A model generated the notes under the pieces. That model saw nothing but the letters and a program-made list of their open reading frames with translations, made no database searches and was not told where the DNA came from. The translations under genes and the position numbers were made by a program. Below are positions 1-12,600 of a stretch of 64,000 bases of DNA, piece after piece. The number at the start of each line of letters is the position of its first letter. Positions within the stretch are counted from its first letter, which is position 1. The DNA comes from Eledone cirrhosa (taxonomy: Eukaryota), in assembly GCA_964016885.1 (NCBI GenBank), contig OZ024743.1, positions 366,792,001 through 366,856,000 on the forward strand, read 5' to 3'.

Positions 1-551
1 GAAAAAAGTGAACCAGTCAGTTAAAGATGGGACAAGATGATATGCAATTGATGAGCAGATAAATGTCATAAAATTTGAAGTTTAAATTTTGTAATATTTG
101 ACAACAATTGGGTCAAATTTGTTCAATTGTTCAATTATTCAAAGATGCGAAAATAAAAGGTTTATATTAACTACCTTAACTGTCATATTTACAGCAGTGG
201 TGTGTTTCTAAAGAGTTAATGGATATGGACAATATGACAACAGGGAGATAGACATTGTAAGCAATGTGACATTGGAAAGGTTAAAACAATATTAACTGAG
301 AGTTCAGCTGAGCTTAACTGTTAACAACCTGTAACGATTTAGCAAAACATATCTAAAAACAGGTTTGTTAATTCAAATGTTTGTTGTATCCTTACTAGTG
401 GGTAGATTGTTGTGAAAATTTGCAATATAAGAGTCAATATAATGTTTAATGTGATGCAGTCATAGAGCAGTTTTGTACTTTTCAAAAATGTTTTGCTGAT
501 GTGATTTCATGCAGGACAGGGTATTAAGAATCAATAGTGAAATATACTTAC

Positions 552-663
552 AAGAAACATTGTAAGTCATCAGGATTACTTCTGCACTACATGCCATCAA
601 AGCTTTGTGGAGATCATTGTGAAACATTGTCACTAAACAAGTTTTCCCAACACGACGCTGTTC
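552..663 (-). CDS. RB1: RB1-like exon: EQRRVGKTCLVTMFHNDLHKALMACSAEVILMTYNVS
   Basis: tttcAG / GTAAGT, 112 nt, phase 0 to 1; pocket A signature H-x-A/S-L-x-A-C-x-x-E-V. Confidence 0.92.
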
Positions 664-3600
664 CTGAAAAAACAAAATATGACTCATATATAACAAAACA
701 TCATATACATACATATATATCAGTAATATATTTCTATATATGATGATGATGATGTGTGTATAATTTATTTGCAAACTACATCTATGTGTGTATTATATTT
801 TCCTTGATAAATCTGCCCTACAAAGTCCTTGGTCTGTAAAATATTGATTTGGTTAATTGTAGTACATAAGTGAAAACAGGTGACTAAAGATATTCTGGAG
901 GGCATCACAATTTGAGAAGATATCCCAAAACATGACTGATAAAATTATAAACAACATTAACTGTGATTACATGTCACAAGCTCAGAAGTATGGAGAAAGA
1001 ATATACAACCTACAATCATAATACATAGGAAACACTGAATGGAATACTGTACAGTAGCAATACAAATGTAGTTCTTGTCTAGTAAGTATTAATAAGGACA
1101 TACAACACCAACTTCAAGAAACCTACCAACCACCTAATAACCTACCAATCAGGCGACCACCTAAGCCAGATTGACTTCTTGCTAGTTAGGCAACAAGACA
1201 GACAAATGGTTTTAAATACTAAGGCATACCCCGGGGAAGAATGTACCCCACAACATAGGTTAGTTGTTAGTGACATCTCAATAAACAAGAGACAGAATGA
1301 GATGCCCAGCTTCCAATACCTAGGTGATCAGATTAGCAAGGGAGGAGGTGCTCCGAGGCCATAGTATCTAGAATAAGGACGGGTTGGAAGAAGTTTAGGG
1401 AGCTGCTTCCTCTGTTGACAAAGAAGGGTTTCTCCCTCCGAACGAAAGGCCAGTAATATGATGCCTGTGTGAGATGCGCGATGCTGCATGGTAGTGAGAA
1501 GTGGGCAGCAACTGCGGAGGATATGTGAGAGCTGGAGAGAAATAAAGCAAGCATGCTCCGATGGATGTGCAATGTCAATGTGCGTGAACGACCAAGCATA
1601 GACGAGTTGAGAGAGAAACTGTGTATAAGAGGGATAAACTGTAGTATGCGGGTGAGAAGACTGCGCTGGTATGGACATGTGATGCGCATGGAGGATGACC
1701 GCTGGGTAAAGAAGTGCCGAGAAATCTCAGTGGAAGGAAGACGTGGCAGAGGAAGACCATGAAAATCATGGGCAGAGGTGGTGAGAGCTGACCTCAGATC
1801 ATTGAAGCTCGCAGAGATGACAACGGACAGTAACGAATGGAGAGATGCTGTGCTGAAAAGGACCCGTCCCACCCTTGCAAGCAAGGAAAAGCGGACATAA
1901 AATGATGATGATGATGCTTACTATTTAAAACAATCTATCATGGACCAACAACTAAGTTTTACCACTATTTCATTTCTCTCAAGAGAGGAGAGGTAATGCC
2001 AGTCTACTGTAAACTTCATTTCTTTAGAAGATCAGTTAGTGGGATAACTTAGATGTAACATTTACAAAAATATGACAAACAGTAATATGAACAAAATGTT
2101 TAATGCAAATGAATTTTGAGATAATTTTGTATTTATGTTAATAGAAATTGACTGCTTGTTAACAGAAATGTTTAATCCTTTTGTTACCATATTTCTAAAG
2201 AAAAACACTGTCTCTGATTTAAATATAATCAAGAATTTGGAGGAATTTAGTAATATAACTAATTTTCTCATTAAGCTGGTGTTTGGAACACAACAAAGGT
2301 TCTTACATAAAATTATGACGGGCAGTTTCTGAATAAATATAAACACTTTAAAATAAAGTTTTGGTATTGTTGATGGAAGTGGTTTCAGCCAGTTTTGGTG
2401 TTAAAAATATTAAAAGCAGTCATCCCTACCATCATTATTCATAAATAAATTTAATGGCTATATGCGACATTAATGAAGATGAAGATTGTTGAGGATGATT
2501 GTAATCAAATAAGACGAAAAAATACTAACAGATATCAGAAGAGTATTGAATATATGTAAGTAGAGTTTGACAATGAATTCAAATCTCACTGAAGCAAGCT
2601 GTTTGATATCTGGGTCTTGACCTTTTATTCCTGTAAAAGCTGCTTCAAAAATACTCCCATATCTTTCAATTCTATCAGAAATAGATGTGACCATATTGGC
2701 ATTAGAACTCTGAAATGAAATTTAAATAAGAAAAATTATGCATATGAGAATTATCAAGCAGCAAATATTAAACAGTAATAATAGCAGACAGGTTTTATAA
2801 ATAGTAAGAACTGAATTTCAATAGTACTGTCAGTGTCAACTATATGGGAACAGAAAATTTATAGATGACATATTTCTCTGACACACATTCTACAGGTATC
2901 ATATTTCTAGTGACACAGGTTCTACAAATATCATACTCCTCAGACATTCATTCTACAGGTGTCATATTCCTAATGGCACTAGTTCTACAGATATCATATT
3001 CCTAATGGCACTAGTTCTACAGGTGTCATATTCCTAATGGCACTAGTTCTACAGGTGTCATATTCCTAATGGCACTAGTTCTACAGATATCATATTCCTA
3101 ATGGCACTAGTTCTACAGATATCATATTCCTAATGGCACTAGTTCTACAGATATCATATTCCTAATGGCACTAGTTCTACAGATATCATATTCCTAATGG
3201 CACTAGTTCTACAGGTGTCATATTCCTAATGGCACTAGTTCTACAGATATCATATTCCTCAGACATTCATTCTACAGGTATCATATTTCTAGTGACACAG
3301 GTTCTACAAATATCATACTCCTCAGACATTCATTCTACAGGTGTCATATTCCTAATGGCAGTAGTTCTACAGGTGTCATATTCCTAATGGCACTAGTTCT
3401 ACAGGTGTCATATTCCTAATGGCACTAGTTCTACAGGTGTCATATTCCTAATAGCACTAGTTCTACAGGTGTCATATTCCTAATGGCACTAGTTCTACAG
3501 ATATCATATTCCTAATGGCACTAGTTCTACAGATATCATATTCCTAATGGCACTAGTTCTACAGATATCATATTCCTAATAGCACTAGTTCTACAGGTGT

Positions 3601-6600
3601 CATATTCCTAATGGCACTAGTTCTACAGATATCATATTCCTAATGGCACTAGTTCTACAGATATCATATTCCTAATGGCACTAGTTCTAGATATCATATT
3701 CCTAATGGCACTAGTTCTACAGATATCATATTCCTAATGGCACTAGTTCTACAGATATCATATTCCTAATGGCACTAGTTCTACAGATATCATATTCCTA
3801 ATGGCACTAGTTCTACAGATATCATATTCCTAATGGCACTAGTTCTACAGATATCATATTCCTAATGGCACTAGTTCTACAGATATCATATTCCTAATGG
3901 CACTAGTTCTACAGATATCATATTCCTAATGACACTAGTTCTACAGATATCATATTCCTAATGGCACTAGTTCTACAGATATCATATTCCTAATGGCACT
4001 AGTTCTACAGATATCATATTCCTAATGGCACTAGTTCTACAGATATCATATTCCTAATGGCACTAGTTCTACAGATATCATATTCCTAATGGTTCTAGTT
4101 CTACAGATGTCATATTCCTCCGACAGGTTCAGTAGATATTATATTCTTCTTACACATGTTCTACAGATATATTCCTAATGATACAGCTTCTACAGATTTC
4201 AGATTTCTACTGACACATCTATAGATTTCATATTCCTAGTGACACAGGCTTTATAGAGGCTATATAATCCTACATACAGTGTCTATAGATTCCATATTCC
4301 TATTCACATTGTTGTCATAATAATGCTGACATAAGAACAACTGAAGGTATCCTGCTCCAACTTAGTTTCTTCAACACTTCTTTTGACAAAGGGATTTTTT
4401 TTATTCCATAACATTCCAACAACCTTATTATCTTTATTCTTACATTTAATGTGCTATTTCCTCTAAAATAAAAAAATAAAAACGAATACTGTTTTCTACT
4501 TTTCCACAATGCAAACTACAACACACTCCTTTTTAAACATTTCAATACTGATATATCCAATTATACAATCTTTATACTGATATATCTAACTATATAATTC
4601 AACAAAATAATATTTTTAAAAATAATAATCTTTAAGTAGTATTAACTAATATAATGTTATGTCTAGAATTCATGGTATTCAATATACTAACAATTAAAAT
4701 ACTTACATCTATATAATCTTTCAACAATTCTCTCGGGTCTTCAGGTATTTCACCCAAGATATCTCTTAACTGTTGAACAACAGTCAATGCCGACCTAAAG
4801 AAAGCAATTAGAAAGTTATATTAGCCTCCTTGCCCATTCAAAATACAGAACTCTATATTGGTAGAATTAATGATAAATACCAAGAAAGAATATGACCCCA
4901 AACTACATTAAACTGGTAGTTAAGAGAGTCAAGAATTGACCAAACCATTTCAAAATTTTGTATCGTGATATTTAACCAAAATTGCTCCTCTGCTTATATA
5001 TGTAATATATATCGATAGATAGAGAGATTTATATATAAGGTGGCAAATTGGCAGAATTGTTAGACCATCAGTTAGAATGCTTTGCAGCATTCATTCAGGT
5101 TCTCTGCACTCTGAGTTCAACTTTGCCGTTTATGAACCTTCCGAGGTTGATAAAAAAAAGTACCAGTCCAGTACTGGGTTGATTCTTCCTCTATTTCTTT
5201 TTCACTTCTTCTCTATCACTCTCTTCCCTAACTCTGAAAGAAATTGGGTTGGCCGTGTTCATGTGTGGAGAGGGGATGGGCTCCACTAGGTTTAAACAAA
5301 ATTCCAAAAAATGTAGTATGTCACTACAGCACCTCTACAGCTCTAATAGGAGTTACAGGTTCATACATTATATATATATCATCAACATCATTGTTAATGT
5401 CTGTTATCCCTGCATGCAAGATTTGGATGTGTCGTTATAGATTGGTCAGTACTCAAGCAGGATCTCTAACCTCCAGGTGGGCTGGAGGTCCTGACATACT
5501 ATTCTGTGTTCTATGTAAAAACAATGAAATGCTGAACTTCCTAAGCCTCCAAAAGACTTTTAAGAGCTAGTGCTTGATGTTAAGTACATGAGCAATATAC
5601 CTTCCCCTGGATAGGGTACCCACCTACTGCAGACATTTCCTGATGATCTGGAACCAAATTCTAACAGCTAAATGAATTGTGTTAATGTAAAATATATATA
5701 ACTACGAAGTCTTGAGGAGCTTTTAAGAGCCAATGCTTAGTTCTGATGGTATGGTTTTAAGTGGATGAGATAAATCTACACTTGGATAGGGCAGCTGTCC
5801 TATCTCAAATAACATTCCTACATAATCTTGTACAACTGAGATGAACTGAGATAATTTACAATAAAATGTTTTGAACATACAATCTACGAGCAGATAGTTG
5901 AACACCTTAACCACTCTGCCATCCTACTTCTCTAATACAATAGATAGCAACCAATAATTTGTAAATATAGCAATATCATTAACGTTTTTTATACCAAACT
6001 GCTCAGAACTGCCTTTGGCTCTATGAAACAAAACCATCTGTTTTAAAGGGATTCTTTTTAAATTAAAATCTTCCAACATAATTTGATATAAGAAACTTAT
6101 GAGTTAATTCAAATACAGTATATATTGTTATAAATAGGGTAGTGAAAAGGTTACGACATGATATTAGTAGTACTTACCGAACTGGTGTAAGGGGAGCAGT
6201 CACTGAACCCTCAGGTCTGAAAAACAATTTTAAAAACATCAAAAATATTTACAAATTACATTACAAACAGTTGATAAGAACTGAAGAAAAGTTGATAATT
6301 AATTTCATAAAAATAACTTGTAGATGTTTGAAATATCTGCTTTAACCCTTTAGCATTTAAACCGGCCATATCCCCCCAGAATTCCCTCACCTATTTTTGT
6401 TCAAACTGGCTGTAACTGGCTGCTCATACTGATGTTAAGGTATTGTTCTCAAAATAAATAACATCAAAATATAAAAAATTTGATATTATGTAAGAATTAT
6501 GTGAGGTAAAGCCTTTACTGTGAAAATATAATAGTAACTATAGAGTAATGTAAATACTAAAGGGTTAGTAGTGAAAGATTAAAATTCTAACCATCTATAT

Positions 6601-9600
6601 TTATGGATGTCTCTGTGCTGGAAGGTGTTCATAAAAGAGTCCATTGCTAGAACAGAAGTCTAGTAATGCCTCTTCCCTTTCACTCACTTATTCCAGAGAG
6701 GATCGTGGGGGCAGGCAGAGTCTTCAAACACTCCCTCCTGTGGTCTTGTCAGAAGCAACCGTCTGGAACCAATCCAGCTGGATACCCAAACCTCTCCATT
6801 CGTATTTAGATCGGGGTCGCCATTCCTTCCATTCACTTCTTTTCATGTCAGATGGTCAGTGTCAACATGTGCATTGATGTCTCCCATCAGGATATATGAC
6901 TTAGTCTTAACTACATCTAATGCTGCAGTGACTTCATCAAGGAAGGATCTGTATTCAGACACCTTGTTTTGTGCATAAACTTGTGCCACCCACAGAGAAC
7001 TATCTTTCAGTCTAAGCTTCAAGAGGCTAATCCTCCCTCCTAATAGGATCCAGTCCATAACACATTCTGACAGCCAGTGACTTGTGAATATCCCCACTAC
7101 CGCCTGTGTAGTCATTTCTGGTGCCATAACTGAATAGTGGAAATTCCATCTTCCATCCAAATCTACAGTATAAGAGCCACGGAGCTTAGTTGAGGAAACC
7201 CAGACTATATCTAGCCTCCTCCACTAGTTCCTGCTCCTTACCTGTAAGATGCTCCAAGTTCTAACTGTTAAGGTTTTCTCCCTTCTGGACCCTCTTTAGG
7301 GATTCAGGGTACATAATCTTTGTGTGTCTCTACCATGCCTCCCACAACAGTTCGCAGGCCCATCACCAGTTTTCTTTTACAGCATGAAATGGAGACTACA
7401 ATATATTTTTCGAACAGGCCCCTCTACCTAAGGCCTGAAAATTAAAACCTAAGCTTAGAGAAAATAATTAATAGTTCTACATTTATTTTTCTATATTTTC
7501 CCCCTAAACTGTTAGAATAAATGCAGTTATTTGCAGATGTTGTGAGATGTATGTATATTATATAGTTTGATGCATTATAACAGTGGTACTCATACATAAT
7601 ACTGAATGAAACTAATATATAGAATTGAGAGTGGGAAGATTTGAAATTACTGAAAAGAAATTGGCTGATTATGATTCATTATATGCTTATGATGTATTTG
7701 AAAGATGGTGCATAAAGATGCAGGAAAATATTTCAAAATAGGCCACTGTATGCAAGAGCATATTGAGCACAACAATTAATAAGAACTACATAAATGTCAA
7801 CTTCATGATAAGACTCATGGTAAAGAGAACTTGTTTGGACTTTTGATGACTCAGACAAGCAATTGATTCTATACCTAGAGATGTGCTGTGTTAAGGACAC
7901 TGGAATGGTAACAGTTGAGTGAATAATGTACAGTTTTGACGTTTGTGACAACTACTGAGGCAATACTGTCATATGAATTGAAGAGATTGTTGTCCCAGAA
8001 AACTTCTATGGTCATAGCATTGTAACAATAACTGAAACTAATGGGAAACTGGTTAGCAACCTGCTACATTGAAAAATGGTGTTAAATTTCTCAGTCTTTA
8101 ATTTAACATTACTGAGACCCAACCCTCTTTCTGTAAGTAGAGATACTGAGCCTAAGAAAAATGTAACTTGGTGGCCTTGTAGTGCTCATCACAAGAGTGT
8201 TGTTAATAATCACTACTGCAGACGCTGTATACAAGTAATGTTCTAGTGTGAAGGGTAAATTGAAATAAAACAGAGGGTGTAGATATAAAGCCTGTTCAGT
8301 AAATATTCCTTAAGTTTTTTAACACAAGAAAGTGATTGTGGCTAGTGAAATCCTTTTATCTCTGGAGAAGCGTGAGTGGACAGCTCAATAGTTGTACTGA
8401 TACTATTGCAAGAGTTTGATCTGTTTGGAATAAACTCCACAAATTATTTCCCATTCTGAAGCTATACGTACAACTGGTTACTTCTATTCTTTAACCCCCA
8501 AAACAACCACAACAACAATAATTTCTGCACACAGAAATCATTCAGAAGTCACAACACAATTCATGACAAACTGGCACTGCCTCCATGAACAGAGACCTAG
8601 AAAACATTCTCCAACGAAAACATGGCAATATTGTCTCTTTTAGCTATACAAAGATACAATTTCTGTTCATATCAAGGAAACAATTTTGTACTGCACACTC
8701 CCTAATGTTGGACAAAACTTTGTACCAAATACTAGGCCTCAGCAAAAAACTATAATCTCTAGACTATAGGCATGATATCTCTTCTCCTTGCTTATGTTAT
8801 TGCTACTTGAATGTCATCTGCTCTTATGAATTAGCTCAATGAATACCATGTTTACTCAAACCAACTTGATACACTGGTCTCTCTTTTTCTCATCACCCAT
8901 CATACAAATCTCTATTAATCATCATCTTCATTTAACAGTTGTTTTTCCTATTCAGTCTTAAAAAAGAAAGGGCACATTGGACAGTATACTTGTGCACATA
9001 CTATGTCTAAATAAAAGACAAAGTTAGAAAACCTTTGAACATAAATTTGCTTAATTAAACGACCTCTACAATAAAACCAACAACAACAAACACTATTAAC
9101 ATGTTTAAACACAATAACATTAACAACACCAACAATACCAATACCATCAATAACCAAAATATCTAAAATTACAAAGAATCTGAGAAAGCTGATACATAAT
9201 TGCTTCAATCTAAAAATTCAACAGTTAAATCTTTACATCTCGAGGATCAGATCAGGAGGACACTGATAAAAAGGTCTTGCTTAAAAAAAAATCATGCAAA
9301 AATATAATTCTGTTTCATTAGATACTCCAGAACAATAATAAGAATACGTGTAAGAGACATACCGAGGAGATGGCCTTCTATTTTTGATGGGAGTTGAATT
9401 AAAGACAATGGGGTCATTGTTTAAGAAGAGAAGTTCATTTATATCTCCACTGGACTGATAAGACTTTAGATAAAATTTCTCCAACTCATCAATCTACAAT
9501 AATGGATAAATGAAATAAAATATATTAAAAATACTATCATTAATCAGGGAACAAATAGGGCAATGAATTGACAGAAACAGTAGAGTTATGAATAAGTCCA

Positions 9601-12600
9601 TGTCATGTGTTCAAACTTCATCAAAGTAGACTTCACATTTCATCTTCTGAACTCCATAAATAAGTAATGGGATTGATTTAACTGACTACCTTCTTCAAAA
9701 CTTGTGGCCTTATGCCTCTTATACATCCTTAATTAGTAATTTAAAAAATATCATTTTACTGTAAGTTAAAAAATATATAAAGTGAAGTGTGTAGGTATAC
9801 TATGAGAAAGCTCTGTCATTGACAAGATGAATTTTTGTCTAATAATATGTCACAAAATGTTTCAGTTTTCTTACATATCACATTTGTAAAATGTTTAAGT
9901 AATGCTGCTTAGTTTTTTAATAAAAGATCAGTTATCATATATATATGAGTTTAAGACTGGCTGTCCATGGGAACTTCTCTATGCTGACGATCTGGCTCTT
10001 ATGGCAGAATCAGTAGAGGAGCTAGAGAATAAATTCCGGCTATGGAAACAGCAGTTGGAAGCAAGAGGACTGAGAGTAAATCTAGCTAAGACAAAAGTGT
10101 TGATGAGTAGAAAAGAGGACAAAACCCTGATTCCGTCAGGGAAATGGCCATGTTCGATATGCAGAAAAGGAACTGGCATAAATTCTATAAAATGCACACA
10201 ATGTAGGTCCTGGGTACACAAGAGATGTAGCGGGATAGCAGGCAAACTAACAGGTAGGGAGAAATATGTATGCAGTAGATGTACAGGGAAATTAGACAGT
10301 AGAAGTCGCACTGATAGACACATTTTTCAAATGCGAGAGGGCGCTATAGAAGTGGTGGATAGCTTCCGGTACCTAGGAGATCAGATTAGCATGGGAGGAG
10401 GGTGTTCCGAGGCCATAGTATCTAGAATAAGGACGGGTTGGAAGAAGTTTAGGGAGCTGCTTCCTCTGTTGACGAAGAAGGGTTTCTCCCTGCGTACGAA
10501 AGGCCGGTTGTATGATGCCTGTGTGAGGAGCGCGATGCTGCATGGTAGTGAGACATGGGCAGCTACCGCAGAAGATATGCGACGGCTGGAGAGAAATGAG
10601 GCAAGCATGCTCCGTTGGATGTGCAGTGTAAATGTGCGTGAACGACCCAGCATAAATGTGTTGAGAGAGAAACTGTGTCTGAGAGGGATAGAATGTAGTG
10701 TACGGGAGAGGAGACTGAGGTGGTATGGACATGTGATGCGCATGGAGGATGACCGATGGGTGAAGAAGTGCCAGGAAATGCCAGTTGAAGGAAGACGTAG
10801 TAGAGGTAGACCACGAAAAACATGGGCGGAGGTGGTGAGAACAGACCTCAGATCATTGAAGCTCACGGTGGAGATGACGAGGGACCGTGACGAGTGGAGA
10901 GATGCTGTGCTGAATAAGACCCGTCCCACCCTTGCAAGCAGGGAAAAGCGGACGTAAAATGATGATGATGATGATGATGGGCATGAAAGCTGGACTCATA
11001 CAGCTAACATGGAATGAAGAATCCAGGATTTGAGCACGTGCAGAGCACAAGACAAAACAAACAACTATTTTATACAGCAAGTCAAAATTACCATATTTCC
11101 GCCGTCGAAGACGCTACTTACTTTCCTAAAATAAGTCTCAAAAATTTACCATGCATTCTGGAGGCCGAAGGTTGTTTACTATTTTTTTTCAAAATTTTGG
11201 TTGTCAAAATTAGGGTGCGTCCTCGAGAAGGAAGCGTCTTCGGCACCGGGAAATATGGTATGCTGGCAAGCAGGAACCACTCCTTGGAATGGTAAAAAGA
11301 CAGAAGCTCATCTGGTATGGTCACATATCCCATAAGAACTCCCAGTCCAAAACTATTCTCCAGGGCACAATTGAAGGAAGGCAATGAAGAGGCAGATAAA
11401 GAAGAAAATCTTGGTCTGACAACATCAAGGACTGTATAAGTGACATCATGACCTTTCCATGATGGAGGGTATAGACCAGTGACAGCTGCACCATAATGAC
11501 TGGTCTCATCAGGTATGACAACTTAAGTGATTCATTCACTAGTATGCAAATGGTCTAATTGGCAAAAATTAGTTAACATGTTCTGTTAGTTGCAATGTGT
11601 TGCCTTAATTGCAGATTTTACAAAAAATCATGAGTGATAGCCAGTTCATCTTATTTAATGCTCATCTTCCCTGATAGCAAGGGTTGGACATGTCTTCACA
11701 GACTGGGTCAATATACAAGTGGAGTATTTTGATGTTATTCTAATCATACTGTTTTTTTTTCTAATGGCTTTGAGAATTACCCTATAGCATTGTTCACTGG
11801 GTCTGAGTACTAAAAGAGTTAACCCTTTCATGACCACATTTCAAATGAAATACACTCTATTTTAATTAATTAATGAAGAATTTTGAGGGATTTACTAAAA
11901 TTATTAATTATTTCATTAGTAAGATAGTAACTTAATGCAAGGTTTTTATATAAAATTATGTTGGAAGATTTTAATTTAAATAGGAAACCTTTAAAATGGG
12001 TTATTTTATTTCAAAGATTGGCTGGGTTGGTAACTAAAGCGCAATGAACTACAAATACTTACATCTAAATTGCCATTGTTATAAACTACAATTGAAGGAA
12101 CAAACTGTTCCACTGCCTTCTGAACACGTTGAAGCTGTAAGATAACAGAGATGAAATTTGAACATTTATATAATTTACAAAATAAGTATATGAAATACTT
12201 CAAACTTATCAACAAAATAACAGCAACTGTGGTACTATTTAACCCTTTCATAAACATATTCCTAATGAAATACACTAATGAAGAATTTAGAGATATTTTT
12301 AATTATTTCATTATGATTGTATTTATAACATAACTAAAAGCTCTTAAATTAAAATATGTTGGAAAATTTTAATTCAAATAGTATCCCTTTAAAATGTGTG
12401 TTTTTTGTTTCGTAGAACCTGAGGTGGCTTGAGAAGGGTTGATATCAAAATTAATTCGACATTTTTGGAGGCATCAACGAATTTACTTTCTGAGTCCTTC
12501 TTCGCCCATTTATTCCTGAAAGGGTCGTAGGGGCAGAGTCCTCAAACACTACTTCCAGCGGGTCCTGTCAGAAACAACCATCTCCAATTGATCCGGCTGG

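Noticed and set aside
2862-4300. CRISPR-like array (32-bp repeats)
   Set aside because: Head-to-tail repeats with no unique spacers, no cas genes, and a eukaryotic intron context
7700-8900. Possible old LINE remnants (also about 19100-20450 and 21840-22250)
   Set aside because: Too decayed to assign diagnostic motifs by eye; needs RepeatMasker or tBLASTn
9902-9946. N-terminus of the 351-aa ORF as a domesticated LINE gene start
   Set aside because: A chance in-frame ATG in AT-rich flank upstream of a 5'-truncated LINE; no promoter or expression evidence
10373-10929. Antisense ORFs over LINE copies (also 1333-1884, 14903-15718, 36531-37490)
   Set aside because: Shadow frames of RT coding sequence with no recognisable domains
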